DNA of 64,000 nucleotides, taken from contig CBDBID010000040.1 in assembly GCA_965205565.1 (NCBI GenBank), forward strand, positions 111,451-175,450. The letters are read 5' to 3'. The notes below the pieces were generated by a model. It worked only from the letters and a program-made list of their open reading frames with translations, was not told the origin of the DNA and did not search any database. Source of the DNA: Acidobacteriota bacterium. Its GTDB lineage: Bacteria > Acidobacteriota > UBA6911 > RPQK01 > CBDBID01. The translations under genes were made by a program, and so were the position numbers. This document shows, one piece after another, positions 19,590-29,836 of this stretch. Each line of letters starts with the position of its first letter. Within the stretch, counting starts at the first letter, position 1.

Positions 19590-20372
19590 TCAAGAGGTTC
19601 TCAGTCCTCCCGAGCGAGCCCATTCGTCGCAGAGGTACAGCCCTTGGAGAGTCAGATTTTCCTCGACAGAGTTGATCTGGCTGGATTCTTGACCGATCAG
19701 CGCGGCCAGTCCACCGGTTGCCACGACATAGCATTTCCCCATTTCTTTTTTCATGCGGACCAGGATACCGTCGACCAGGCTCACGTATCCGAAATAGATC
19801 CCGGATTGCATGCTAGTCACTGTGGAGTTCCCGATGACGCGGGAGACTCGCTTCACTTCGATGCGCGGCAGTTTGGCGGCTCTGGCAAACAGGGCTTCTG
19901 TAGATATTCCGATGCCAGGGGCGATGATTCCTCCCAGGTATTCGCCCAGCTTGGAGATGGCATCAAACGTAGTAGCCGTGCCGAAGTCGACCACAACGGT
20001 GGGACCTCCAAACGATCGGAAGGCCGCCAAAGCATTGACGATCCGATCCGCACCGACATCGGAGACGGGTTCGTAAAGGATGGGCATTAGATCCTGTTGG
20101 AGAGGATCGACGAAGAAGGGTTGCAGTCCGAAGAATTCGGTAGCAACCCGTGCAAAGCATTCGTTCAAGGGGGGGACGACCGAAGAGATGGTAATGGCCG
20201 TCACCCGCTGGCTTTCCAGGTTGGCCAGAGAAAAGAAACGATCGATCAGGACGGCGTATTCTTCCGAGGTGGTTTGCCTGCGGGTAGCTACGCGCCAGGA
20301 TCTGACCAATCTCTTGCCCTGGAAAACTCCGAGCACGATATTGGTGTTTCCGACGTCGATGACGAAGAGCAT
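19590..20372 (-). CDS. coaX: type III pantothenate kinase
   Basis: MLFVIDVGNTNIVLGVF N-terminus and overall ASKHA/Bvg-accessory-factor family pattern; 260 aa. Confidence 0.85.
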   Translation of the reverse strand: MLFVIDVGNTNIVLGVFQGKRLVRSWRVATRRQTTSEEYAVLIDRFFSLANLESQRVTAITISSVVPPLNECFARVATEFFGLQPFFVDPLQQDLMPILYEPVSDVGADRIVNALAAFRSFGGPTVVVDFGTATTFDAISKLGEYLGGIIAPGIGISTEALFARAAKLPRIEVKRVSRVIGNSTVTSMQSGIYFGYVSLVDGILVRMKKEMGKCYVVATGGLAALIGQESSQINSVEENLTLQGLYLCDEWARSGGLRTS

Positions 20373-20406
20373 GGAAGGTTCTCCGGCGAGCTGGTGGAGG
20401 TTGCCC

Positions 20407-21954
20407 CTAGTGACGGAAATGCCGCCTGCCGGTGAAGACCATGACTAGATCTTTTCCGTCCGCCATTTCTACGATCTCCGGGTCGCGGACGGAGCCTCCT
20501 GGCTGAATGATTGCCTGAATGCCGGCTTGCGCGGCGGCCTCGACACCATCGGTGAAAGGGAAGAAGGCATCACTGGCCATGACCGCACCGGTGACCGGTT
20601 GCTGAGCCTTCTCGGTTGCCAGGCGTACTGAATCCACACGGCTCATCTGTCCGGCTCCGATCCCCACGGTCTGGCCATTGTGGGCGATCACGACGGCGTT
20701 GGACTTGACGTGCCTGCAGATGGTCCAGGCAAATTTTAATTCCGCCAGGATGGTTTCGTCGGGAACCCGGCGAGTCACTATCTTCCAGCTGTCGGATTCT
20801 TCTTGATGACCGTCTCGATCCTGAACCAGGAAGCCCCCAGTCACCTTCTTGAAGTCCAAAGGCTCGGGCAGGTTCCGCGTCGGAGCGATTTCCATGACGC
20901 GCAGATTCTTCTTCCGAGCGAAGATCTCCCGAGCTTCTTCATGATAGCCGGGGGCGATGACCGCTTCCACGAAGAGGGCGGCCATGGCCGTTGCCGTATC
21001 CCGGTCAACGGAACGGTTGAATCCGATCACAGACCCGAAGGCGGAAACCGGATCGCAGGCCAGAGCCTTTTCATAGGCGGCTAAAGGTGTTTCTCCCATG
21101 GCCGCGCCGCAGGGGTTGTTGTGTTTGATGATGGCGCACATGGACGGATGCTCAAAATCACAGCAAACCTGCCAGGCGGCTTCCAGATCCAGGTAGTTGT
21201 TAAAGGACAGCTCCTTGCCCTGCAGCTGCGCTGCCGCTACCAGTCCTCTGGTGGGTAACCGAGAAGCATAGAGTGCCCCCCGCTGGTGAGGGTTCTCCCC
21301 GTAACGAAGCAGCGTCTGGCACTCCAGTTTCAGATGGATTACCGGGGGCAGCTCTTCGGGTTCTCCTGCGGTGTTCTGGAAGTACTCGGAGATGGCTGCG
21401 TCATAGGCGGCGGTGTGCTGAAAAGCCCGGGTGGCGAGACGCTGACGCGTCTTCATCCCGGTCTGCGCGGAGTTGGTTTGCAGTTCCTCGATCAGCCCGT
21501 CATAGTCAGAAGGATCGATCAGCACCGTCACGTGCTGGTGATTCTTGGCGGCGGCGCGGATCAGGGTGGGTCCCCCAATGTCGATCTGTTCAATCGCTTC
21601 GGACGGTTGAATGTCTGGTTTGGCCACCGTCTCTGCGAAAGGGTAGAGATTGACCACCACAAGTCCGATGGGCGGAATCTCCTGATCACGAAGGACCTGG
21701 AGGTCGTCCTCGTGATCCTGACGTGCCAGGATGCCCGCGTGAATACGCGGGTGAAGGGTCTTGACCCGACCTGCCAGTATTTCGGGAAAACCGGTGTGTT
21801 GAGAGACGAGGGTGACGGGAACGCCCGCCTTCTGGAGGGCTCGGGCGGTGCCTCCTGTCGACAGAATCTGGATTCCCAGCCCGGCCAGAGAAGCGGCCAG
21901 TGCTTCAATACCTCTCTTGTCGGACACGCTTAGAAGCGCTAGTTCAATACCCAT
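20407..21954 (-). CDS. purH: bifunctional AICAR transformylase / IMP cyclohydrolase PurH
   Basis: MGIELALLSVSDKRGIEALAASLAGLGIQILSTGGTA (MGS-like domain) followed by the AICARFT domain; 515 aa. Confidence 0.9.
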   Translation of the reverse strand: MGIELALLSVSDKRGIEALAASLAGLGIQILSTGGTARALQKAGVPVTLVSQHTGFPEILAGRVKTLHPRIHAGILARQDHEDDLQVLRDQEIPPIGLVVVNLYPFAETVAKPDIQPSEAIEQIDIGGPTLIRAAAKNHQHVTVLIDPSDYDGLIEELQTNSAQTGMKTRQRLATRAFQHTAAYDAAISEYFQNTAGEPEELPPVIHLKLECQTLLRYGENPHQRGALYASRLPTRGLVAAAQLQGKELSFNNYLDLEAAWQVCCDFEHPSMCAIIKHNNPCGAAMGETPLAAYEKALACDPVSAFGSVIGFNRSVDRDTATAMAALFVEAVIAPGYHEEAREIFARKKNLRVMEIAPTRNLPEPLDFKKVTGGFLVQDRDGHQEESDSWKIVTRRVPDETILAELKFAWTICRHVKSNAVVIAHNGQTVGIGAGQMSRVDSVRLATEKAQQPVTGAVMASDAFFPFTDGVEAAAQAGIQAIIQPGGSVRDPEIVEMADGKDLVMVFTGRRHFRH

Positions 21955-22141
21955 GAGATCTCTCCGCCGAGCAGCAAGAGCTCATACTAGTGTTGACCCC
22001 TGTCAAAGTCCAGGTGACACGTGGCATGTGGTCCGGGGGGAGCAAAGACCGGAAAAAGGGGAAGAAAAAAGTCCGGGCAGTGTCTCAGTTTGATTAATCG
22101 GCCTATTGTGTCTGCCCGGCAGTAAGTGGTAGGCTCTGTCC

Positions 22142-22369
22142 ATGGCAAGAGGACCGAAAGGCGAATGGAGGCCCACAGACCCGTTAGCATGCGCTGTGCA
22201 TTGCGCGAAGTTGGCTACAGGTGAGATTCAAGAGACCCACTCAGATCCCAACCAGGTGGCCACCCGCAACCGCGCCAGCAAGAGCGGCAAGGCCCGCGCC
22301 GCCTCTCTCTCACCGAAGAGGCGTAGCGAAATTGCTAAGGCTGGTGCGAGTGCTCGGTGGGACCGATAG
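22142..22369 (+). CDS. hypothetical small basic protein (75 aa)
   Basis: Lies at the edge of a lower-GC insert and converges on the PIN gene; no motif. Confidence 0.25.
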   Translation: MARGPKGEWRPTDPLACAVHCAKLATGEIQETHSDPNQVATRNRASKSGKARAASLSPKRRSEIAKAGASARWDR

Positions 22370-22370
22370 A

Positions 22371-22889
22371 TCATTTATCGTGCTGCCCCTTGAGAACCAC
22401 ACCGAACAAGGGACCATAAATAGACTCGTCCGGGACAATAATCTCCAGCGTCCTACCGTCACGACACTTAACCTTGCCGTTTAACCCTAACAAATCATTC
22501 CCGTCGTAGGTGTGCATTGCGTCAGAGTTCCAATATAAAGCCGTAGCTAGGTGTATGGCGTCCGGAGCTTTCTTGAGTTCTTCATGTTCTCTAAGAAGCT
22601 TCCGTGCGTTATCGGCTACTATGTGATCTAGGTCCGCCAAGATCACATGCTGCTGCCGAAACATTTCAGATATTTCGGTTTCTTTCGTGTCGGACAGTGG
22701 CTTTGCGTCATTTTGCTCGCACTTCTTCTTGAACACTTCTACTTGACTAAGCACAGACGTAAGTATCTCGCATGATCCATTCTCCGCCCTGGACCATACC
22801 TCACGCAAAGCTATGTACTTCTCTGTCTCCCGATTCAACAGTCCAAGCCATGCACAAGCATCCCAATAATATCTTTTTGTTTCTGGCAA
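22371..22889 (-). CDS. PIN-domain protein (VapC-like nuclease fold)
   Basis: Four acidic residues spaced as in PIN domains (YYWDACAWL..., ...QVEVF..., PDAIHLATALY, TYDGNDLL); start overlaps the stop of the upstream 276-aa gene; ~50% GC. Confidence 0.5.
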   Translation of the reverse strand: MPETKRYYWDACAWLGLLNRETEKYIALREVWSRAENGSCEILTSVLSQVEVFKKKCEQNDAKPLSDTKETEISEMFRQQHVILADLDHIVADNARKLLREHEELKKAPDAIHLATALYWNSDAMHTYDGNDLLGLNGKVKCRDGRTLEIIVPDESIYGPLFGVVLKGQHDK

Positions 22890-22890
22890 T

Positions 22891-23721
22891 CTATTCGCCC
22901 CACAGGTCGGCTAGATGTCGTTGCGGCGATTGGCCCCCAGTGGGGTCAGCTATGTTATCAATATCAACTTCACCAACTGTCACAGGGTGAATCTCGTCCA
23001 CTGTTAGTTGTGCAATCTTTCCGGTGCCTTTTCTCTCGATCGTTCCTGATACGATGCAACGCTGGCCTGTCCAAACTTCTCCCCAGTTGTGTTCCGTGCC
23101 GATCTGTTCTACACGATCATTGGGGATCACACATAAAATCTTCTCTCCCGATATGCGATGCAATAGCTTGAAGGCTGGCTTGCCATAGTGTTTGATCGCT
23201 TCGATTACCTTACCCTCAATAGTGCCTAGATTTTTGATGGGCAAATATTCAGCCGAAAACTCGCTGTGGCTGATAACATCTAAAGCAGCTTCAGCACGAT
23301 CAGTAACGAGTTCCAGCGGAGCTTTGTTATCTAATAAAACCACATCGGTTTGGGAGACTCCATTAACATTTCTCTCAAGCCAGCCTTTAAGCCTATTCCT
23401 AGTGCTTGAAGTAGTCCAATCTGGCAATGCGCGGTCTTCCAATACAGCACTAAGAAGTTCGTAGCATCGTTCCCTTGCTTGACGAGCATCTGACTCGATA
23501 TCCGGCCACTCCTGCGGATTGGCGCTGGCAGCTTCTGCAACCGTTCTAAATGGGCTACTCATGGTTGCACTTACAAGACACCACTTTAATTTCGAGCGCG
23601 CATCGTCAATAGAAGAAGCAACGACTAACTCAATAGAATCGAGAACCTGCTGCATGGCGTCTTGAACAGTCATGACCCCGCCTTCGCGAGCATGGACGAT
23701 AATTGTAATTCTCTCAGCCAT
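22891..23721 (-). CDS. hypothetical protein (276 aa), co-operonic partner of the PIN-domain gene
   Basis: Ends 1 nt before the PIN gene start; low GC; no recognisable domain. Confidence 0.45.
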   Translation of the reverse strand: MAERITIIVHAREGGVMTVQDAMQQVLDSIELVVASSIDDARSKLKWCLVSATMSSPFRTVAEAASANPQEWPDIESDARQARERCYELLSAVLEDRALPDWTTSSTRNRLKGWLERNVNGVSQTDVVLLDNKAPLELVTDRAEAALDVISHSEFSAEYLPIKNLGTIEGKVIEAIKHYGKPAFKLLHRISGEKILCVIPNDRVEQIGTEHNWGEVWTGQRCIVSGTIERKGTGKIAQLTVDEIHPVTVGEVDIDNIADPTGGQSPQRHLADLWGE

Positions 23722-23941
23722 TTTGCCTCATACTTTTACAAACACCTTGCAATTCACCGTCGATTCCGTAACTCTCCTGTCCGGCCCGAGCCGACTCAGG
23801 ATCACTTGCGAATTGCTCTCAACGTCGGACAACCTGGACGTGGTTTTCGTTCTCAACAAAGTTTAGGAAGCCGCGGGAAAATAATAGCACAGAGCTCACC
23901 GACAGGTTGACGGCTATGCTTGCAGATGTTATACTTTAATT

Positions 23942-24814
23942 ATGAACAAGCTCCCGGCAAAGAGGCGGGCCAAGATCATTCGGTTGCTGGTCGAGGGTGC
24001 TTCGCTCCGCTCTATAAGCCGGATCGAGGATGTCTCAATCAACACCGTCTCCAAGCTGTTGGTCGATGCGGGTGAGGCGTGCGTGAACTTCCACAACAAC
24101 CATGTGCAGGGCGTGAAGGCCAAGCGCATCCAAGTAGACGAGATTTGGCAGTTCTGCTACGCGAAGGAGAAGAACGTGGATAAGGCCAAGGCCGCGCCGG
24201 AGGGATCGGGCGACACATGGACCTGGACAGCGATTGACGCCGATTCCAAGCTGATCGTTTCATGGTTGCTGGGAGAGCGCGACAGCCGCTCCGCCTATCA
24301 CTTCATTGCGGACCTGGCCGAGCGGCTCACCGATCGCGTGCAACTCACCTCAGACGGCCTCGGCCTCTACAGGTGGGCCGTGGAGTGGGTGTTCGGATCG
24401 GACGTCGACTACGCCCAGCTGGTGAAGATTTTCGGTGCGCCCGTCGAGGGAGAGAAACGCTACAGCCCCGCCACCTGCAAGGGCACCAAGCGATCCGCCG
24501 TGATGGGCAACCCCCACCCCGACCACGTCTCCACTTCCTATGTCGAGCGGCACAATCTGACCATGCGGATGTCGATGCGCCGGTTCACACGCCTGACAAA
24601 TGCGTTTTCTAAGAAACTGCGGAACCATGCTCTCGCGCTCGCGCTATACTTCGTCTACTACAATTTCTGCCGGATTCACAAGACGCTTCGCATGACACCG
24701 GCTATGGCCGCTGGCCTCACGACCCAACTGCACGATGCAGAATGGATCGTTGGATTGGTAGACGCACGAGCACCTAAGCCAGCGAAGCCCGGACCGAAGG
24801 GGCCTAGAAAATAA
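23942..24814 (+). CDS. IS1-family (single-ORF type) transposase
   Basis: N-terminal HTH (RRAKIIRLLVEGASLRSISRIEDVSINTVSKLL), DDE region DEIWQFC...WTWTAIDADSKLIVSW, C-terminal YNFCRIHKTLRMTPAMAAGL typical of IS1 InsB. Confidence 0.6.
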   Translation: MNKLPAKRRAKIIRLLVEGASLRSISRIEDVSINTVSKLLVDAGEACVNFHNNHVQGVKAKRIQVDEIWQFCYAKEKNVDKAKAAPEGSGDTWTWTAIDADSKLIVSWLLGERDSRSAYHFIADLAERLTDRVQLTSDGLGLYRWAVEWVFGSDVDYAQLVKIFGAPVEGEKRYSPATCKGTKRSAVMGNPHPDHVSTSYVERHNLTMRMSMRRFTRLTNAFSKKLRNHALALALYFVYYNFCRIHKTLRMTPAMAAGLTTQLHDAEWIVGLVDARAPKPAKPGPKGPRK

Positions 24815-25069
24815 TCAAACTGAGACACTACCAAAGTCCGAGCAACCTTGACTTCTCGGGAGTGCGTGTCTATAGTTTAGCGCGCTCGGGGATTCTGGGG
24901 GTGTCGGGGAGGAGTATCCTACCGTTGGAAGCAGAGCAGCGAGGCTCGAACTTCCTTCAATAATATCATAGGTGGTTTTGTTGCCGCTATCCGGCAGCCT
25001 GCGCGGAGGGTCGCCCATAAGGGCGGTGCAGCTTGGGGCAGGAGGGGCAGACCTGCAAGGGGATGTGTG

Positions 25070-25303
25070 ATGAAGAAATCGGGTAAGGTCAAGTGGTTCA
25101 ACAACGCCAAAGGCTATGGATTCATCGAGCATGAAGAAGTGGAGGCCGACATCTTCGTCCACTACTCCGCGATCCAGGGAGAAGGGTATCGCACGCTCAA
25201 GGAAGGCGAGGAAGTCGAGTTTGCATTGAAAAAGGGTCCCAAGGGACCCCAGGCAGAGAATGTAGTACGGCTTTTCTTGGGCGAAGTGGAAGTAGCCGGC
25301 TAG
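25070..25303 (+). CDS. cspA: cold-shock protein (CspA family)
   Basis: [23 protein letters not shown]...[10 protein letters not shown]: RNP1/RNP2 cold-shock domain. Confidence 0.85.
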   Translation: MKKSGKVKWFNNAKGYGFIEHEEVEADIFVHYSAIQGEGYRTLKEGEEVEFALKKGPKGPQAENVVRLFLGEVEVAG

Positions 25304-25451
25304 CAGATTCCCCCTCCCAAGTCCACATCCCTTAGACCGCTCTCTTATCGGGAGTGTTGCAAAAGAGCGGCACCGTGGGAGAGAAGCGGAGTCCATCCAC
25401 TGGAAAGCCGCTACGGGGCTGCCTTTCGTTCTCAAAGTCGTCACGGCTATA

Positions 25452-26885
25452 ATGGCCCCTGTGGCGAACCCCACCCAGGCGTTACGCTCTCTCCCCTCCG
25501 TAGACGAGGTCCTGCGGCGCAGTGCCGTCAAGAAACTGCTGCAATCCCACGCCCGAGATCTGGTGGTTCGCATCGTCCAGGAGCGCCTGGAAGAGCTGCG
25601 CACGCTGGTTTTGAGCCAGCATCTGGACGAGGCCGCGCTGGAGTCGCGTCTGGCGAATCTGGACGGGTGCATCAGTGCTTGCTTGAGAAAATATCTTATC
25701 CCGTCGTTGCACAAGGTGGTCAATGCCACAGGTGTGATCGTTCATACCAACTTGGGCCGGGCCCCCATGGCGGCTCCCGCGGCGGCCAGGTTGGAGGAGA
25801 TCGCCAGATCCTACTCGACGCTGGAGTACGATCTGGAGAAGGGTGATCGAGGGCATCGGGACCGTTATTTCGAGCAGCGAATGATGCAAGTTCTGGGATG
25901 TGAGGCCGCCACCGTCTGCAACAACAATGCCGCCGCGGTTTTCCTGCTCGTCAACACCCTGGCCGCCGGCAAAAAGGTGCTGGTGAGTCGAGGTGAGCTG
26001 ATCGAAATCGGAGGGTCTTTCCGCATTCCCGACATCCTTCGAAGTAGTGGTGCTGTCCTGAAAGAAGTGGGGACCACCAACAAGACCAGGACCTCGGATT
26101 ACCGGAACGCCATCGACGAGGACACGGCTCTCATCTTACGGGTTCATCCGAGCAATTACCGAGTCGTAGGATTTACGGCGAGGCCCCGTTTGAAGGAATT
26201 GAGCGAGCTGGCGCGGGAACGGAACCTGTATCTCATCAAGGATGCGGGAAGTGGTTACCTTTTCCCGATTTCCCACTCAGTCTTGGGTCGCGAACCAACC
26301 ATCCAGTCGGTCCTGCAAACGGGGGTTGATGCCGTGTGTTTCAGCGGCGACAAATTACTGGGGGGGCCACAGTCCGGCGTGGTGGTAGGAAAAAGGGATT
26401 TGATTGATCGCCTCCGCGACAACCCTCTGATGAGAGTTTTCCGTGTGGACAAGATGACTTACGCTGCGCTGGACTCGACGCTGCTGGAATATCTCAAGGG
26501 AACGGCGGCGCAAACAATCCCCGTCCTGCGCATGCTATCGCTTTCGGTCGAAGAGCTGGAGCATCGAGCCAGGGGGATACAAGAACAGCTCGATTCGCGC
26601 GTTTTTGAAACTTGTCTGCGAGCGGGGGCCTCGGTAGTGGGCGGTGGAGCCGCCCCGGAAGAATCGATCGACACCAGGCTACTGGCTATCCGCTGGCCAG
26701 CCCATTCAGCCCACGACTTGGAGCAAGCGCTGCGCCACCAGGATCCTCCGATCCTGGCACGTATCGGAAAAGATCAATTGCTGCTGGACTTGCGAACCGT
26801 CTTGCCGGAAGAAGACCCAATCGTGGTAAAGGCCTTCTCGAGACTGGCCAATAGGCGTGAGGATCCCGTTCACACAAGCGGTTGA
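25452..26885 (+). CDS. selA: L-seryl-tRNA(Sec) selenium transferase (selenocysteine synthase) SelA
   Basis: LPSVDEVL N-terminus, VVNATGVIVHTNLGRA, CNNNAAAVFL...SRGELIEIGGSFRIP, PLP-lysine region FSGDKLLGGPQSG; 477 aa. Confidence 0.85.
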   Translation: MAPVANPTQALRSLPSVDEVLRRSAVKKLLQSHARDLVVRIVQERLEELRTLVLSQHLDEAALESRLANLDGCISACLRKYLIPSLHKVVNATGVIVHTNLGRAPMAAPAAARLEEIARSYSTLEYDLEKGDRGHRDRYFEQRMMQVLGCEAATVCNNNAAAVFLLVNTLAAGKKVLVSRGELIEIGGSFRIPDILRSSGAVLKEVGTTNKTRTSDYRNAIDEDTALILRVHPSNYRVVGFTARPRLKELSELARERNLYLIKDAGSGYLFPISHSVLGREPTIQSVLQTGVDAVCFSGDKLLGGPQSGVVVGKRDLIDRLRDNPLMRVFRVDKMTYAALDSTLLEYLKGTAAQTIPVLRMLSLSVEELEHRARGIQEQLDSRVFETCLRAGASVVGGGAAPEESIDTRLLAIRWPAHSAHDLEQALRHQDPPILARIGKDQLLLDLRTVLPEEDPIVVKAFSRLANRREDPVHTSG

Positions 26886-26944
26886 GATTTTTGCCGTGTC
26901 GGGCTATTGCCGCTGTGGGGGTGATCCGCTCATGAATGAGTTTT

Positions 26945-28298
26945 TCAGAGTTGGCGAAGGGCCAGGTTGGCGGCGATCTGCAGGGGATCCCACAGTGTGC
27001 CGTAGGGTGGTGCGTAGGCAAGGTCCAGCTGAGAAAGCTCCCAAACCGTCATTCTGGCCGTCAGGGCGGCAACCAGGGTGTCGATCCGCTTGGCTACGGA
27101 ATCGTTTCCGGCGATCTGACCGCCCAGAATACGCCCGTCTCCTCGATCGAAGATCAATTTGACGTGCATGGGACCGGCGTCCGGATAATAGCGGGCCCGG
27201 TTGCGATCGGTCACGTAAACAGAGCTGGCTGCGAAACCGGCTTTGTAGGCCTGACGCAGGGTCAGACCGGTGCGGGCGACAGCGAGTTGGAAAACCTTTT
27301 CCAAGGAGGTCTCCAGGCTCCCCGCGAAAGATGCTGGTTTGACCGGCCAGATTTTCCCCCACGACGCGCCCCTGCTTGGCGGCTGTGGTACCCAGAGATG
27401 AGAAGATCGGCTGTCCGGACACCTGGGAGACGGTCTGTGCGCAATTGCCGGCCGCATACACACCTCCGGTTCGAGTTTGCCCGCGTTCGTCAACCCAGAT
27501 AGCTCCGCTCATCCCGCAAGGGATTCCAGACCGCTCCGCCAGTGCGGTGTTGGGATCTATCCCGACGTCGATCACCGCGAGGCCCACGGGGCGGACTTCG
27601 GGGCCCACCTCTACAGCCTGGACCGCTCCGTTCAGACCAGCCAGTTTCCTGACTCGTGTTTCCAGGACTAGGTCGATCTGGTTTCGTCTCAGCTCCTCCT
27701 GGATAAGCTCGGCGATCTCCTCGTCCACCTGGTTAAAGACGTGCGGATTGCGCTCGACCAGGAGCACCTCCAAGCCCAGAGTGCGCAGGGCGTGGGCCAT
27801 CATGAGGCCAATGTAGCCCCCACCCACGATCACCGCGCGACGCAGCTTGTTTCGCTTGATGGCATTCCGGATGCGGATACCGTCTTCCAAACGGCTGACG
27901 GTAAACACGTTCTGCAAGCGGAGACCGTCGATGTCGGGTACTCTGGGGACGTAACCGGTGGCGATGACGATTTTCCGGTAAGGGATCTCGAATGACTTTT
28001 CCGAGCGCAGGTCGGTGCAGGCAACCAGGCTGCGGCCCGTGTAAATCTCATCCACGCGGACGTTGGTGCGGGATAGGATGCCGCGCTCGGTCCGGAGACG
28101 CTCCGGTGAAAAGGAGATGAGTCGTTCGTGTTCCCCGACCATCCCGGAAACGTAGTAGGGCAGACCACAGATGCTGTAGGAGATAAAGGGGCTGGCTTCC
28201 AGGAGGGTTATCTCCAGATTGGGATCAAGGCGCTTGGCACGGCTGGCCGCGGTCATCCCGGCTGCATTTCCGCCGATCACCACGATACTTTCGCCCAT
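26945..28298 (-). CDS. FAD-dependent pyridine nucleotide-disulfide oxidoreductase (NADH oxidase / CoA-disulfide reductase family) with an apparent 1-nt frameshift near 27342
   Basis: N-terminus MGESIVVIGGNAAGMTAA...SICGLPYY (redox Cys); the C-terminal dimerisation domain (YYPDAGPMHVKL...GRILGGQIAG) is in the +1 frame (ORF 26945-27493); the switch lies between ENLAG and KPASFAGSL. Confidence 0.6.
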
Positions 28299-28506
28299 GA
28301 CGCACAGATCTTACCAGAGGTCGGATCCAGGGGACTCAGGGGCCGCTTTTCCAACCCGTGAAGCGCGCGAAAAGGTTGAAAACGATCCGGTGCGGCCAGA
28401 TCGAATCGAGCCTTGCCGGATTGTGTGTGCGTCGTGTGGGCAGGACGCGTTGGCACGGCGGGGAAATTCTGCTAAGCTCGGAAACTCTTTTAGGGGTGTA
28501 CAGAAT

Positions 28507-29463
28507 ATGAAAAGGTGGTTATTTCTGAGCCTGCTGGGCTTTATTCTGTTTCCTGTTTTTGGACAGGAGACCCCCATAGGGCCGCGATGGTGGCCTTCGG
28601 AATGGGGTGCCGAGGACGAACGGGGCGCCGTGAACCGTATTACCCCCGAGAAGGTGGCTCAGGCGGCCCGACTGGTCCAGTCTGGCCAGGTCTACTCTCT
28701 GGGCCGCGTCTATGAGTCCGGGATGCCCATGGCCGGGAAACGTCACTACAAATTGACCATCCCCGGATCGCCCTCGTTCCCGCCTGACGGAGAAAATCAA
28801 ATCGTTGGTCACGACGAGAGCGTCAGCGGCGAGATCGGGCAAGTGGGAACCCAGTTGGATGGATTGGGGCATGTGGGTGTCCAACTGTCGGACGACGCCT
28901 ATTTTTACAACGGGATCAAACTGGCCGACATGGCGGACGGCTACGGGCTCAAGAAACTGGGAGTCCAGAACGTAGGTGTCTTTTTTACCCGTGGAGTGTT
29001 GATCGACGTGGCCTCCTCCAAAGGCGTGGATCGGTTGAAGGTGGGCGATAAGATCGGGGTCGCCGACCTGGAGAAAGCCCTCGCAGAGCAGGGTACTCAG
29101 GTGCAACCGGGCGACGTCGTTCTAATCCGGACCGGACACGGCAAGCTGTGGATGAAGGATAACGCGGAGTACAACCGGGGAGCGCCCGGAATTGATCGCG
29201 AATCAGCCCTCTGGTTGATTCAGAAGAAAGTCGCCTTGGTCGGTGCCGACACCTGGCCCATCGAGGTTGCCCCGACAGAGGATCCGGAACGTCCTTGGGA
29301 GATCCACCAGTGGTTTCTTGTGAAAAACGGCATCTACCTGCTGGAAAACCTGGATCTGGAGGCGCTGGCTGGGGACAAGGTTTGGGAGTTCGCCTTCATC
29401 TTCTCACCCCTGCGCTTGCAGGGGGCTACGGGCTCTCCCGGTAACCCGATTGCGGTGAGATAA
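28507..29463 (+). CDS. secreted cyclase-family protein (kynurenine formamidase-like, PF04199)
   Basis: Signal peptide MKRWLFLSLLGFILFPVFG; cyclase-family H/D motifs (QLDGLGHVG..., IRTGHGKLW, GADTWPIE). Confidence 0.65.
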   Translation: MKRWLFLSLLGFILFPVFGQETPIGPRWWPSEWGAEDERGAVNRITPEKVAQAARLVQSGQVYSLGRVYESGMPMAGKRHYKLTIPGSPSFPPDGENQIVGHDESVSGEIGQVGTQLDGLGHVGVQLSDDAYFYNGIKLADMADGYGLKKLGVQNVGVFFTRGVLIDVASSKGVDRLKVGDKIGVADLEKALAEQGTQVQPGDVVLIRTGHGKLWMKDNAEYNRGAPGIDRESALWLIQKKVALVGADTWPIEVAPTEDPERPWEIHQWFLVKNGIYLLENLDLEALAGDKVWEFAFIFSPLRLQGATGSPGNPIAVR

Positions 29464-29836
29464 GCCGGCCCGTTGGCCAAGGCACCAGGGACGGGACACA
29501 TCGATTTTTCTGGAATTGATCCGGACCCTGGACTCGATGGAGTTTGGGGACTACCTGTCGCTCGATTGTGTCCCCGGCAAACCCGATTGGAAGACCCTGC
29601 TCACCCGCTCCATCGCCTTCATGAAGCAGGTCGAGGAAATGGTAGCCTTTCAAAAACAACTGGCTTCGGCGAATTGAGAGTGACCTTCGCCAGCTCGATC
29701 CGGAAGGCAGCTGGAAGAGGGTTCCGGTATGAGGCCCCGGGTGCTGTTCTGAAAACCAGAGGAGTCGTTAAACCACTCGGATTCTGGGATACTTCCGAAT
29801 TCTCGGAAGGGAAATCCCGTCACCTTTTTTCCTATT

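Noticed and set aside
24815-25729. 304-aa minus-strand ORF covering the cspA gene and the start of selA
   Set aside because: Antisense to two well-supported genes, low-complexity Ser/Arg-rich translation, typical spurious long ORF in high-GC DNA.
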